From Ophelia neglecta (taxonomy: Eukaryota): DNA of 64,000 bases. The notes below the pieces were generated by a model, which was not told where the DNA came from, made no database searches, and saw only the letters and a program-made list of their open reading frames with translations. Shown piece after piece: positions 1-12,600 of this stretch; positions within the stretch are counted from its first letter, which is position 1; the number at the start of each line of letters is the position of its first letter. Made by a program: the position numbers and the translations under genes. Location: the NCBI GenBank assembly GCA_965285935.1, contig OZ260661.1:118792001-118856000 (forward strand), read 5' to 3'.

Positions 1-1456
1 CGAAATTATCCTGACTTAAAGCTGTGATATGTCGGTCCTTATATAGAGTATTCATATTATTAACTTAACCTCTAGGAAAATTCACATAATCCATTTATTT
101 GACTTTGGATGATTCACCAGTGTGATAAAATCTGACCTGGTTGCTATGCTAGTTCAACAACTTGCTATTCACAGGCCAATAAATTATTGATTACTCTTAT
201 TATATCCATTTGTTTTTGTATTTACACTTGAATGCAGTCCCTGGGGCTGCATATACTAAAGAAAACACAGTTATTGTCTCTGGAACATTCCTATTATGGA
301 GCTTGACTAGTACAAAAAGATCCAACCAGATTAATTACATACTGTTTGTATCTACAGTGTATTTCCATTACACCAAAACTATCAATTCACAAGTGCTTTT
401 CCACAGCAAAGATCACCATGGACGTTTGGTAATTTGTTTACATAGTGGGGCTTATAATAAGATCTTTATTATTCTAATAATAATTCAGTAAATGACTGCT
501 AACTCCATTCAGAGTTCTTAACAAACATTCAGTTGACCTCTGTAGGATTAATGGTAATGAAAATACATGTATAGGAAACTCGTAAATTCAGTCTGATAGG
601 TCAAAGGTTAATTCCTAAACAAACAGTGACTAATCTCCTGACAAGTCTTATCACTAACCGTCCAAATTAAACATGTACTGGTGCAAGATGAAAAAAGGAA
701 AATGAAGTAAAAATGTTGTTTGAAGCTATAAGGTGGGAATTATGTCTACACGAGATCAAAGATAATCAAAATAGCTTTTTCTACTCCCAGCACATCTTTA
801 ATGTAAAGCTAATAATTGTTTGCATTCTGAACTGTTTCAAGTCCAACCACCTTAACAATAGCTACATGCTGGATGTGCCAGAAAGAAATACTTCAAATGT
901 AGGTACAGATACTGTATATTCAGAACACCTGCATATTAACAAAAGAGATCTGTAAATTAGCAAAATTTTTTGCACTTAAGTTTGCTGATGAAGTTTTTCA
1001 GACTTGACTCCTCTTCGTTTTTTATTCAACCAACGCCTGGCCTTTCTGCATGATGTCAGATGCAAATAAGGGTTTCCAGTTTTAGATGTGTACTTGTCAG
1101 GTTGTCACGTTGTTCACTGGAGTTCCTTCATAATATTTGATTATCTGTTAAGACAGAAGCAGTAAATGTTATAATGTGGTTCAATCGTGGTACTGGATCC
1201 ATCCGAAAGATATATATGCTGAGTTGATGTGACCAGATTATCTCTTAGAAGATGCTCATACATGTAGACTACATGTATATATGTACTCATTTTTTACATG
1301 GAGGAATTAAGTTTACACGGAACCCATCAATATTGGAATCTTTATCTTAAGGGATAAAATTGTGTCTAAATTGAAAATATTAAGACTTCAAATCTTCCTG
1401 AGGGTATACAAGTCCTAAGTGGATTTTTTGTCACATTGGTTTCCTCACTGAAGATC

Positions 1457-1912
1457 ATGACTCTCTATGAGCCGTGGGGTTATTACCCAGTGAGACCAAC
1501 ACCAAGTCACATTCGTCGGTCCGAGATGACCCGTGCAGGATGTTTCCTCTACCCTCGTTCTCTGGCGAGAAAAACAAATGCTCCATGGCGCACCTATTCT
1601 GCTCCCTTGGGCACTCAGTCTGCTCCATGGGGCACTCATTCAGCTCCATGGTGCACCCGATCTGCCAGGGCTGGTGGCGGTGGCCTCCCTCAGCCCCAGA
1701 ACATGGTGTCTGTCACCACAGTAAACCTGGAAGATTTGGTCATGAGATTAAACAAACCCACAGTCTCTAGCCAGGCCAAAACCTACCTACCAAGACTAAA
1801 TGATATTCAGGAGAATGGAACCTACCGCTGGAACAATATAAACTCATTCCGTGACACCCAGAAGTGCATATTTACTGAACATGGTGGAAACAAAACAATC
1901 AGTCAAAGATAA
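1457..1912 (+). CDS. Uncharacterised 151-aa protein with 4 tandem heptapeptide (S/N)AP(W/L)xTx repeats; single coding exon
   Basis: GC-richer island in AT-rich DNA. The ATG at 1457 follows a pyrimidine-rich acceptor (ttcctcactgaag|atcATG). The frame is open to TAA at 1910-1912 and the 21-bp repeats keep the frame. AATAAA at 2214-2219. Contains LEDLVMRLNKPTVSSQAK. Confidence 0.6.
   Translation: MTLYEPWGYYPVRPTPSHIRRSEMTRAGCFLYPRSLARKTNAPWRTYSAPLGTQSAPWGTHSAPWCTRSARAGGGGLPQPQNMVSVTTVNLEDLVMRLNKPTVSSQAKTYLPRLNDIQENGTYRWNNINSFRDTQKCIFTEHGGNKTISQR
1577..1660 (+). repeat. 21-bp coding tandem repeat x4 (NAPWRTY/SAPLGTQ/SAPWGTH/SAPWCTR)
   Basis: tctgctccatggggcactcat-like units read directly. Confidence 0.85.
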
Positions 1913-2820
1913 ACTAACAGCAATCACACATCAGTTTAAAGTGGTACGTTTAATTTTTTTGAAGTTAGACCAAGTGGAAAATATTCAAGATGACAAACCA
2001 AACACATCCAACAGTATTATTATGCAAGACTGCCTAGCTGTCACAAGGATCTCACACATTGAGAATTATATATTTAACATTTACTGTTTCAAAACATTTA
2101 TCTAAAAAAAACAGGATTATGTAAAATATATTTTAGAAAATGAACAATTGTGCATGCACAATATGTATTCAATTGAAATTCATCTACATTTTCAATAATA
2201 ATAATTGTGCATTAATAAACATGTGCCTCATGAATTATATGCAACAAATGGAGAAGAAGGAGAATACTTTTTATTTCCATTTTCATGTAAATGTGTAATA
2301 ACATAGGTATTACCAAGAACTTTTTTAACATTATACATACAAACAAGAATAGATGAGAATAAGCATAACAAGAACTAGACTATGCGCCATCAGGAAGAAA
2401 AAAAATTATACTAATAATAATGCTGGTAGTAAAAGCCTAAATGTAATATAGTCTCAGCTGTAACTTCAGCTGTCCACAGCTTCTTAATTAATAATAGCTT
2501 TTAGCATTTTTTAAAATGCAAGAACAGAGTTACATGCACTGAGCTCCTGATGTTGAGATACAAAATCATTCCACAGAATTTGTCCAATATAAGCCAATAT
2601 TTCTGTCTACCAACAGTCCTACAAAAAGGGACGTTATATAAAATGTTGTTGAAAGTACAATGAAAACTGTAGATAAAATGGGAATACATTTATACTTAAT
2701 TAAGCCTTTATATCAAGTTAATAGTATGTATAAGATTTGATTGATTGTTCATAATGGATAGCAAGGGCATTAGACTGTCTGGGCTTCAATTGTTTTGTTT
2801 TAACACATTCATACCATCAA

Positions 2821-3038
2821 TTATTGGTCCCCCTTCAGAGGCAACGTGGGGACTATCGAGTCCTCATGAGTCATTCCTTCCTTCTGTAACACCAGGTTTG
2901 TACTCGCAATAATATTGCAATGCTTTGAGCTACATTCACCAAATTAAATGAGTTAATACATAGGTGACCCTGGCCCAGTGGAACCTTTATGTCCCTAGGG
3001 GATGGGGATGTTCAACCGACCCAGTCAACTTCTTGTTT
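2821..3038 (+). mobile_element. Short degenerate Helentron-associated (HINE-like) element
   Basis: 5' ttattggtcccc...ggggactat inverted pair, ctgtaacac motif, 3' end ...gggg atgttcaaccgacc...cttcttgtt; T-rich termini. Confidence 0.35.
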
Positions 3039-3913
3039 CACCGGTGGGCAGTAACCAAAGTGGATGACATTAGTTAAATTAAGACTAACTTGAGAAAAAG
3101 ACTGCATAATTTACCCAGGCTTATCAAACCACAAGCAGAACAATCCAGGGCATGCCTTTTTCAAAATTATGGCATACCCACTGTTTTCAGTAACCCAGGT
3201 TACTAAGTACTGGTTCAAATTACCTTTAGTTATTGAATGGCAGCAAGGATGGGTGCATTAATTATTCTTCTTAACAATAAAGACGGAATGTAAGTTGCTA
3301 ACGGTGTTTTTTTTTTTAACATTAAGAGCAATAAATAACACAGCAGAATCTTTCAAATTGTCATAAAGACTAATTTATTAAATCATATTTACCACATATG
3401 TAGCCACTTGTTGAGATTTGTCGAACAGCTTACAATATTTATCACTAAGTTTTGATAACAGATGTATGAAAGTTGTGAAAATAACATAAAATATGTGCTC
3501 AATATTCTTGAAGGTTCAAAAAAGCCTCAACCATATTATATCTAGGCTCAAGGTTTTATATGACAAAACAACATGATGTATGGATAACTGTAATCAACAT
3601 AATTGCTTCTTTTTTTACACTAAATAATTAAATTACATCCATGACCAGGGACCACTTTACACCGAAGAAAAATTAGACAAGTTTATATTGCATCAGCAGT
3701 TGACTTAGGCCTTAAAGACACTTGTCTTATACATTTTGAAGTATTTAAGAAAATTAATGATTAAAGCACTTGAGATAAACCAACTTTCACTGAATCAAAC
3801 ACTCACAAGAACACCAATAATTTATACAGATTTGAACCTGCCAGTAGAGCAGTGTTTAAGAATCTAAGCAAGTTGAGGTAAAAATCAAACTTTCTGTGGC
3901 CCAACACAACTTA

Positions 3914-4259
3914 GGGACGCACCATTAGATATTTGGGGGGGGGGGGGGGGGGGGCGACAAAATATTTTCTAGTGAAACAAAAAATTTTCTAGCTTTGGAC
4001 AAACAAACAATTTATTTTTTCCTATCTGGGAAGCAAACAATTTTTTTTTCTAACAAATCTCTGTCAAATATTTTTTCCCTAGCCTTGATCAAACTTAAAA
4101 AAAAAAAAATTTGTTTAAAGAAAATATCAGACAAACAATTTATTTTTTCCAGAGTCAGAAACAAATAATTTTTTTTATGCATAACCAGAAACAAACAATT
4201 CTTTTTTAAATATTTGTCGCCCCCCCCCCCCCCCCCCCAGATATTGAATGGTCCGTCCC
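3914..4259. mobile_element. PIF/Harbinger-type MITE
   Basis: TIRs gggacg.accatt..atat.tg(G)n cgacaaa / tttgtcg(C)n..atat..aatggtccgtccc; TTA on both sides (3911-3913, 4260-4262); internal aaacaaacaattt(a)ttttt subrepeats. Confidence 0.8.
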
Positions 4260-5643
4260 TTACTAACACCCAAATATCAAATCCTCACAAATAATTTATG
4301 CAGCCATATCCAAAAGCCTTTTTTTATTAATTGTCAAATGACCTGTACTATATAATTATATGTTAATCACAACAGAAATAAAATGGTGATTCAAATTGTG
4401 TGCAAACCATGAGGGAAGAAGAATAATAAATTTGTATACACATCTGTTGAAGTTGAGATGGAAAATAATCAAGGTAACCAAAACATGTTAACAATTAAAA
4501 TATTAAATAATTCATAGTTTTATTTTAAATGAAGGGTTTCCATGAATTCAGAATAAATAAACATACCTACAACCTTCCCTCCTCCTGCATGGAGAATGTC
4601 TTGAATCAATAATGTCAAAATAAACCTGACTCGAAGGGTTCATCAATGGTACCAGCATCAAAATATTTAGATCAAGCATCCAGTTGATTAATTTAATACC
4701 CACTGCATAGTTATGGTACACTGGTTAATCAGGAAGTTTTAATAAAAACAAAGAAAACACCCCAATAAGAACCAGTCCATATACATATTCATAATATTTA
4801 CCTACTTCCATATTATGTGTTGCAGTTAAAAAATGAAATTTTCCCCGGCATGAAAATTTCATTCAATAGGCAACATTCAATTTTTGCCATTATTGAAAAA
4901 CCACCATGAGATTGTACTACAATTTGTAACAAACAAAATGCCAGAAAAAAATCGTCTTTCACAAGTTTGTGATAGGCAGTTACACCTCCTGTGTAAACGG
5001 GAACATGGTAAAAATATGTTGCACACTCAGAAATTAGTTCTGAGTCACAGCCTGTTGAGAGACAGGTAAATCATAGGAGCTCTTTGCTTGCTGAGGGGGG
5101 TAAAACAAAGATACTGATGAGGTATTAGTACATTATCTAGCTGTCATACAATTATACCCTACAAACCTCTTATTTTTACACCCCTCAAACAATAATGGCC
5201 GACTATGGATTTGGATAGAATTTTGGGGTTTAACATCGCATAAGCACCATGAGGGCCATTTAGTGTCCTCTGACTATGGATAAAGGCCTCAAGTCAAAGA
5301 AAGCTCATTCACATTTCTAGGGTTATTTACCAAACACACTAGCATTAAGAAATAGACACCTGCAAGTGTAAATGGCAAATTAAGTACAACAGTTTTTTGG
5401 GGGTAAGTACTGGAAAGCATCTGAAATAAAAAGAACACATCTTTTTAACCAATAATTTAACTTCCCTCTGAATTCTTTTTTATTTTACCTTGAAAAAATG
5501 TATAATTTGGCAAAATCATGGCAACCACAGTGCATGGTTTCCTGTGTATTGGAAAACATTGTTGAAAATGAAGGGCTTTCAGGGCATTTTCTGTTTTCTA
5601 TGCTCAATATACTACTGACATCCTCACTTTTGGCCAAATTAAG

Positions 5644-5731
5644 TATGGTGGAACCTGCCTTAAAGACCACCTCTCTATGCAGATCACCTGTCAATTCTGA
5701 CCACTAATATAAAGGCCATAGTTTACACTGT
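5644..5731. mobile_element. Degenerate Tc1/mariner-type MITE (CAGTGAAACC family), related to 34109-34410 and 63854-63975
   Basis: tatggtggaacctgccttaaagaccacctct matches the reverse complement of the 63945-63975 end. Confidence 0.45.
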
Positions 5732-6177
5732 CAACCCGCCAATGTCAACAAAAGTCGATAATATGCTTTCACTGCCAATGTTGATCTTCCTCCAAAATAT
5801 ACATGTATATGTTACCTTGCCACTTTTGATCATACTAAATACCGTCACAAGTTTCTTTCTACAGGAACTGCCAGAAAATTCCACAGGTAGCTAAAAACAT
5901 AACCTTTGCAATGTTCAAAGTTTAAATCCTATAGGCCAATTAGTAATAATTTGTCATAACCTAAATTCAGCAGTATTCATGCAAATGGAGATAAATTGAC
6001 ATATATTGGCATGTGGACCAGGTAACCTTAGCTTTGTTTCTAATATGCATCTTTTCCTATTTGTTGAACTTTTTATAGAATGTTAACATTTAATAATATC
6101 TTTCATGGAATGATAACCCTTGTAGGGTTTCTAAATTATACCAGTATCACAATTTCCTAGAATGTTGTTTCTGAAGG

Positions 6178-6629
6178 TCATAACTCTACACGTTTTTCTT
6201 GCCCTGGTATATCTTGTGGCAGCATGTCTGGCTGTGGTATTTCTTGCTTTGGTATTTGTTGTTCTGTTTTTTCTTGCTGCAGTGTTTCTGGTTGTGGTAT
6301 GTCTTGACCTGTTTTTTCTTGCTTCAGTATTTCTGGCTGCGGTATCTCTTGCTGTGAAGTTGTATCTGAAGTTTGATCACTGTTTGTGGCTGATACAGAT
6401 TGTTTTTCATTGCTGTCACCCTCCCCTTCCACTTGTACAGGAGCAGAAGGCAAGACTGGTTCTAGGATGTCTCTACTCAGGACTACTTTTTCATTACCAT
6501 TATCATCTTTTACTTCATCCAGTGGCTCCCTCTTTTGGTCTTCTTCACTCAAACTACTTTCTTTCTCTGGTGTGGTCTTTTTCTTCTTTTGCTTCTTTTT
6601 CTTTTTCTTCTTCTTGGAGCTATCTTTGG
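6178..6629 (-). CDS. CRELD: CRELD alternative last exon B (poly-Lys, acidic/Gln-Pro repeats, C-terminal RVEL)
   Basis: Acceptor ccttattccag| at 6630, phase 1 gives AKDSSKKKK..., in frame with ORF 6178-6552; TGA stop. Confidence 0.85.
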
Positions 6630-9600
6630 CTGGAATAAGGACATTTGAACATTTAATAAATAATAGTTTTAAACTTGGTTTGCATGGTGTAATAAAAACA
6701 AGATACTAGAACTATTTTCTGCAATTTATTTAAGGTACGATGGATGACAATGATGAAAAGATGGATAGTGAACTAATGAGAAATGACAAGTATAATAAAT
6801 TATCCTGAGGCTGGATTATTCATTCTAAACAAACCAGGTTTTTTTATCAGTATAAAAGTTACATGAAGGTTGAGAACCTCACAGAAACATGCAGCTTTTT
6901 GCAACAACTTAAATATATTTAATGTAGAAATGACTTACTAGTACTTTTTAAGGTATGAACCGACATGGACGTTACATTCAACAGAATCACATTAACGCTA
7001 GTATATTTTGAATTTGTTTGTTATAAATCTCACTGGGATTTTAAATACATATACAAAGTTTCAAAAATTACAAAGACATTTAGAATCAACAAGAGATTCC
7101 ATATTCAAATCGAAGCACACAAACTATAACTAATTTCCAAAAAAAAGAATCTTACATTTTAATTCAATTTCAGATGTATTTAATACGTTACAACCTTTGA
7201 AGAACCAATCACAACAGTGATATATAATACATTCTACAATTTTCTTTCAAATCGATTTGTAAACCAAAAGAGATAGAACCAATAAGTGATGGTGAAGACT
7301 AGCTGAGACACAACACTGTTTTGCAAAATTATTCCTACAATTGCAAAACCAACATAAGAAGCCAAAAGCTTCCAATTATCAAGGGAATTTATCTTTTGCT
7401 TCTTTTTTTTCTTTCCTTTGTTCTTCTGTTTACTGCTTGATGATTTGCCTGATGACTTTTTGTCTGAGTTTGAAGAAGAACTATTTTTACTGGAGCTATT
7501 TTTTTTCTGCGATTTACTTTTCTTTGAAGCAGGCACATCTACAAAGAGACGAGAGGAGACACCATGTTAGAGTGGACGAATAAAGGATTGTGGAAAGTCT
7601 TACACTCAGAAACTTACTTTATTTCTTATTTTTAAGTGCTGATCACTATAAACACACCTGTCAAATGGCTATTGGGAATATGGGAAAAAGGGAGGTAAAT
7701 CAAGCCATACAAGTTCACACCTAAATTTACTATTAAAGGAAGCAAAACAAGAGGCAAAGCAGTCAGGTCCAAACGATGTTTTACAACAGGAATACTATAT
7801 ACAGGAACTTAATTAATCAATTTCCTGGACGTTAGGGCTAAGTAGCCTAGGTTTGTACTAAAACAAATTTCAAACTTGTTTGTACTAAGCGATTAATTTG
7901 ATACCTAAGTTTTGTATTGACTCTAAATCAATGAACTTATGGTAAACACACATCAAGTCACCAGGTTAACATCAAGCAGTAAAGGAGTGCTGGGGATTTT
8001 TATTCCGAACAAAATGATAACAAGGTAAATCAACAATAGGCTTCCATCTAAACAAAATTGAATACATGCAATTACAGTATTGCAAGTGGTTCAATTTGAT
8101 TCTTAACCCCCCCCCCCCCCTCCCTAACCCCTAAAGTAGCAGTGGCATTACCTTACCAACTGACACTCTCATTCATCCGCCTCCCCCCACCCCCAATTAA
8201 AAAATGGAGTAGCCCTTTGTAGTTAATATTCTACTATACTGACCACAAGCAAGTGATATAACCCCTGGGCATTAGCTTGAAGCTAGTATCTGCATGCTGA
8301 ATGTCAATTATTTTAACATAACCAGCATAGAACAAGCCAGGTAGTATTTGTTTTTGTAATGATTAAATATTAAGCATAATTACATAATCCCAGCCAAAGT
8401 AAAATGTTCATACTTCTTTTGTATGTATTAAGTTAGCAAATGATAATACTAACTGACAATGAATGTGGAATCAGGTAAAGAAATAAGCATGGTTCCGTAA
8501 GCCCGGGCCTATCGTTTAAGCATCAGACCTTTTAGAATTCTACCCTCCAGGGCCTGCTGATTTTGAAGGTTACTGGCCCTGTCAGTCAGTATAAATTTTG
8601 TTCTTATTTCTAGCCCTGGTCTGCTTTTTTGCTTACCAGTATACACATGTTTGGGTTATTACTTTTAAAAAATGGGAGACATACTTTGCTCACCCACCCC
8701 CCCCCCCCCCTCCCCTCCTATTATTATATACACTTAGACAAGCCCACCTTTTGCTTTCACATCACATTTATCTTAAAACTCACCTTTTGCTTTAGCTTCA
8801 CATTTATCGTAAAACTCACCTTTTGCTTTAGCTTCACATTAACCTTAAAAACCCATCTTTTGGTTTAGCTTCACATTTATCCTAAACTCACATTTTGGTT
8901 TAGCTTCATATTTATCTTAACACTCACCTTTTGGTTTAGCTTCACATTTATCCTAAACTCACATTTTGGTTTAGCTTCATATTTATCTTAACACTCACCT
9001 TTTGGTTTAGCTTCACATTTATCCTAAACTCACATTTTGGTTTAGCTTCATATTTATCTTAACACTCACCTTTTGGTTTAGCTTCACATTTATCCTCTTT
9101 CTTGATGAAGCCCTCCTGACATTCACATCGGTAGGATGAAGGTAAGTTGACACAATTCTCGTTTTCACCTGGACAACTGCTTTCCTCTGTACATTCATCT
9201 ATATCTACAAGGAGGAGGCACAGGTTAATGTTCTTGTCACATGATATAAACATCAGTTTGCCTAGATGGCCTTTTATTCCTCATCAATGCTACTCATTCA
9301 GGACTACAATTTACTTATTCCCTCATCATATTTTCTCACATCATATTTTCACTAAAAGAACTATACTGATAATTTCTTGCTACAAAATCAAGCGGAGTGC
9401 ACAAACTAACCTTTACATTCCCCTTGGTCGTCTTTCTTGTAACCCTCTTTGCACTCCGTACAGAGTTGATTACCAGGGCCGGTGCAGCCACTACAGGCAC
9501 TGTGACAAGCTGTGGGTAAATATATATACTATACTCATCAAACACATACAACACCAGGCTCTATTGATTGTATACACTGAACTTTATACAGGGTCCTACC

Positions 9601-12600
9601 AAAAAATTTTAACTACAAAAGAGACGCGAGCACAAAAGACACAGGTAAATGAGAGAAAAAGAAAATAAAGGAAAGATGAGAGCATACTTACTGGAGCACT
9701 TAGACGAGCCTTCTGTGTTAATACAATACTGGTCCTCAGCACAGTTACCTTCACCAGACTCACATTCATTTTTATCTAAAAAAAAACACAACATTACAAA
9801 TATATGACGCAATTCTCCTAGCTTCAATGCAGAGGATGTATTTCAATGGTTGAAAAAACTATTATAATTATGAGAGCCAAGTTGGAACTAACCTATGCAT
9901 CCTTCGGGAGTGTGTTCCCAGCCACTCCGACAGGCATCACATGACGTGGGAGAGGAGTCAGTACAAGACATTTCGCATGATACATGACATGCTGAAATAG
10001 AAAATACACAATAACATTTAGACAGGAGGCTGGTAATACTTTATCTTCATAACACGCTGAAATGGAAAATATATGATAACATGAAGAGAGGAACCTGGTA
10101 ATAGTTAATCAAGTTTATCAGATATTCTGCACAGCATGTCCGAGCATAACATCACACTTTTCATAAATTAACTATGGTAGTATAAAACTGCAAGTTCTCA
10201 ATCAAATCAGAAACTAGCATGAGCCGAAATAATAATCTTATCTATATTTTCTAGTACCAAAACACATGATGCATAATCAATTCAGACCAGGACAATGGAT
10301 TGGGATTTAAAGGTAATGCTCTATGTTATTAGAGACTAAGATTAATTGAGCATGTAGACTATGTATGACTATACAACATTTAGTATTCACCTTTGCAGGT
10401 TTCGTTTTCTTTATAATATCTTGGATTACATTCATCACATTTATCTGATCCTGGTCCAGTGCACTCATCACAGGCATCATCACACTCTAAAAATGAATGA
10501 AAATGGATTAAAAATGAGTCAGTCCAGTAGCTGTAAATGTGTGTAAAGGACCCTAAATTACAATGAGAGTTGTGTCATCTAAACATACAGTTAAGAGCTA
10601 GTTATACTAAGTTTAAGTTAGTTTACATGTTAAGTTTACAAGTGAAGCTCAGTACTTCCTTGAACATGAGAAGAAGCCCTTAGTGATTTATAAGTTAAGT
10701 TTACAAGTTAAATTTTAAGTTTACAAGTTACGTTTACAAGATAAGTTTACAGGTTAAGTTCAGTACTTACTTGGACATAAGAAGGAGCCCTCAGTGTTCA
10801 TACAGTACTTATCATTCTCACATGGTGGCTCTTCCTTAACCTCACATTCATTAATATCTGCAAGAAAGAGTGTGATAAATCAATAATTATTTCTATTTTC
10901 ATCTGTGACAAATCAATAATTATTTCTATATTCATCTATCTATATTCTATAGTTCCAAGGCTAGTGTCGGCCATAAGAGTGACAATATCTTAGCAATAGA
11001 GAGGTGTAAGCCTAGGGGTAAGAGAGGTGTAATCCTAGAGGTAAGAGTGGTGTTAGCCTAAAGGATAAGACTGGTCATTTCTAGAGTAGCTCACCTTCAC
11101 AGCCCTTGTCTTCCACATAATTCCAGCCTTCTTTACAATCATCACATCCCTCAGGGCCCTCTCCCCAGCAGCTGGACTCACAAGCACTGTCACAAACTGC
11201 AACAACATAACAAACATTAATTTATGAACTCTTGTGATCATTCCTTGGAACAATTATTATATTTATTCGTTATCACACATCTAAATGAGGAAAAAACTTC
11301 AACATACTTTTACAGGAAATATGAGTATCATTTTTGCTCTCCTCAAAGTAGCCATTTGTACACTCATCGCAGACAATACCCTTGTAACCGTCGTCACATT
11401 TGCAGTTACCGTTGCCTTCTCGTGTACCATCACCCTGCAGAGCAATACCAGGATTTATGACAAGGTGTTAAGGGGTATTCATAAAACTGATCAAATAAAA
11501 TTGAGTAAATTCAAACTCCCTTTTACACAGCTTTGACTAAAAATATGTTTATCAAATTTGAAATATTTGTGTGCAAACCTCTCAAAATAATATACCATCT
11601 CACAAATGCACACCATGTAGGGTCTCCGCTTTTTCAAATTAAATTTTAGTAGTACATCATATTATGGAAAAACTGACACTCTGATAAACTCATTATTTTA
11701 TTTCTACATTAGAAGCTATGGACAAAAAGAATGTCACGGTCTTGTTTTAAATATTCTACCTGCATACACAAGTGCACTTACTAAACATTTGCCATTTCCT
11801 TTACAGGGTCTGTCTTTTCCACCTCTGCATTCATTGCAATTTTCCCCAAAATAACCTTGTGCGCAGCACACTGAAATTGATAATCTAATTTGTAAACAAG
11901 AAGTACCCAATACTGCTTTCTTTTACATACCCAATTACCTATTCAGATGATAATAAATGATAAAAGAAATTAAGTGATAAATTCATAATTTGACAAGGTG
12001 GCATAGGACTAATTAATCTAGAATTTAGGTTCAGAGTAAATCTCCTGCGTACCACTATTCTGGATATTCTGTTTTGAGTATATAATAAAGCAAATCAATA
12101 ACCTACATAAAACCAGTCCATGAAGATAAGTTAAACATACCTTGCAGTTTTTTGATACAGAGATATTCCTCCAGGTTTACATTTTTATGCTTGGCAAATT
12201 GTTTAAACCACCAATTCTCTATTGTTTCTTCTTGATGTTCAAGCATCATGTGACACTAGAATTCAAGGGTGATTCAAAATTGCTAATAGCCAGTTTACAA
12301 TATCAATATCATAATACAGTTATCGAAAAACACTTGCCAATTTAATGACGTGAATATAGCATACCTCTTTTCCTTCATCATGACAAATACCTTCAAGTAT
12401 CTCAATGAGCCTGGTTTCACTGTAAGGTAAAATGAATGCATTTGGGCAAAATTTGCTGAATGCAGCAACCATAATGTAGACCTTACTGAACTATCCTCAT
12501 AATTAACAAGAAGTTATTTTGTTCATTGCCTTAGATAGGCATGGTCATTTCAACTGCCTACCTGTGAGCATATGCTCCTAAGCTTTTTTCTTCCCAGTCT

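Noticed and set aside
1440-1727. Minus-strand exon-like reading with in-frame TGA (possible selenoprotein) or the MELNECPMEQ ORF
   Set aside because: All minus frames stop quickly after the apparent acceptor and no SECIS was recognised; the + frame is longer and has an ATG context and polyA signal
6162-6709. Hydrophobic + strand ORFs (158 aa, 107 aa)
   Set aside because: Antisense shadows of the Lys/Glu/Gln-rich CRELD last exon
7234-7245. C-terminal RKL resembling a peroxisomal PTS1
   Set aside because: The protein has a signal peptide and TM segments, so PTS1 import is implausible
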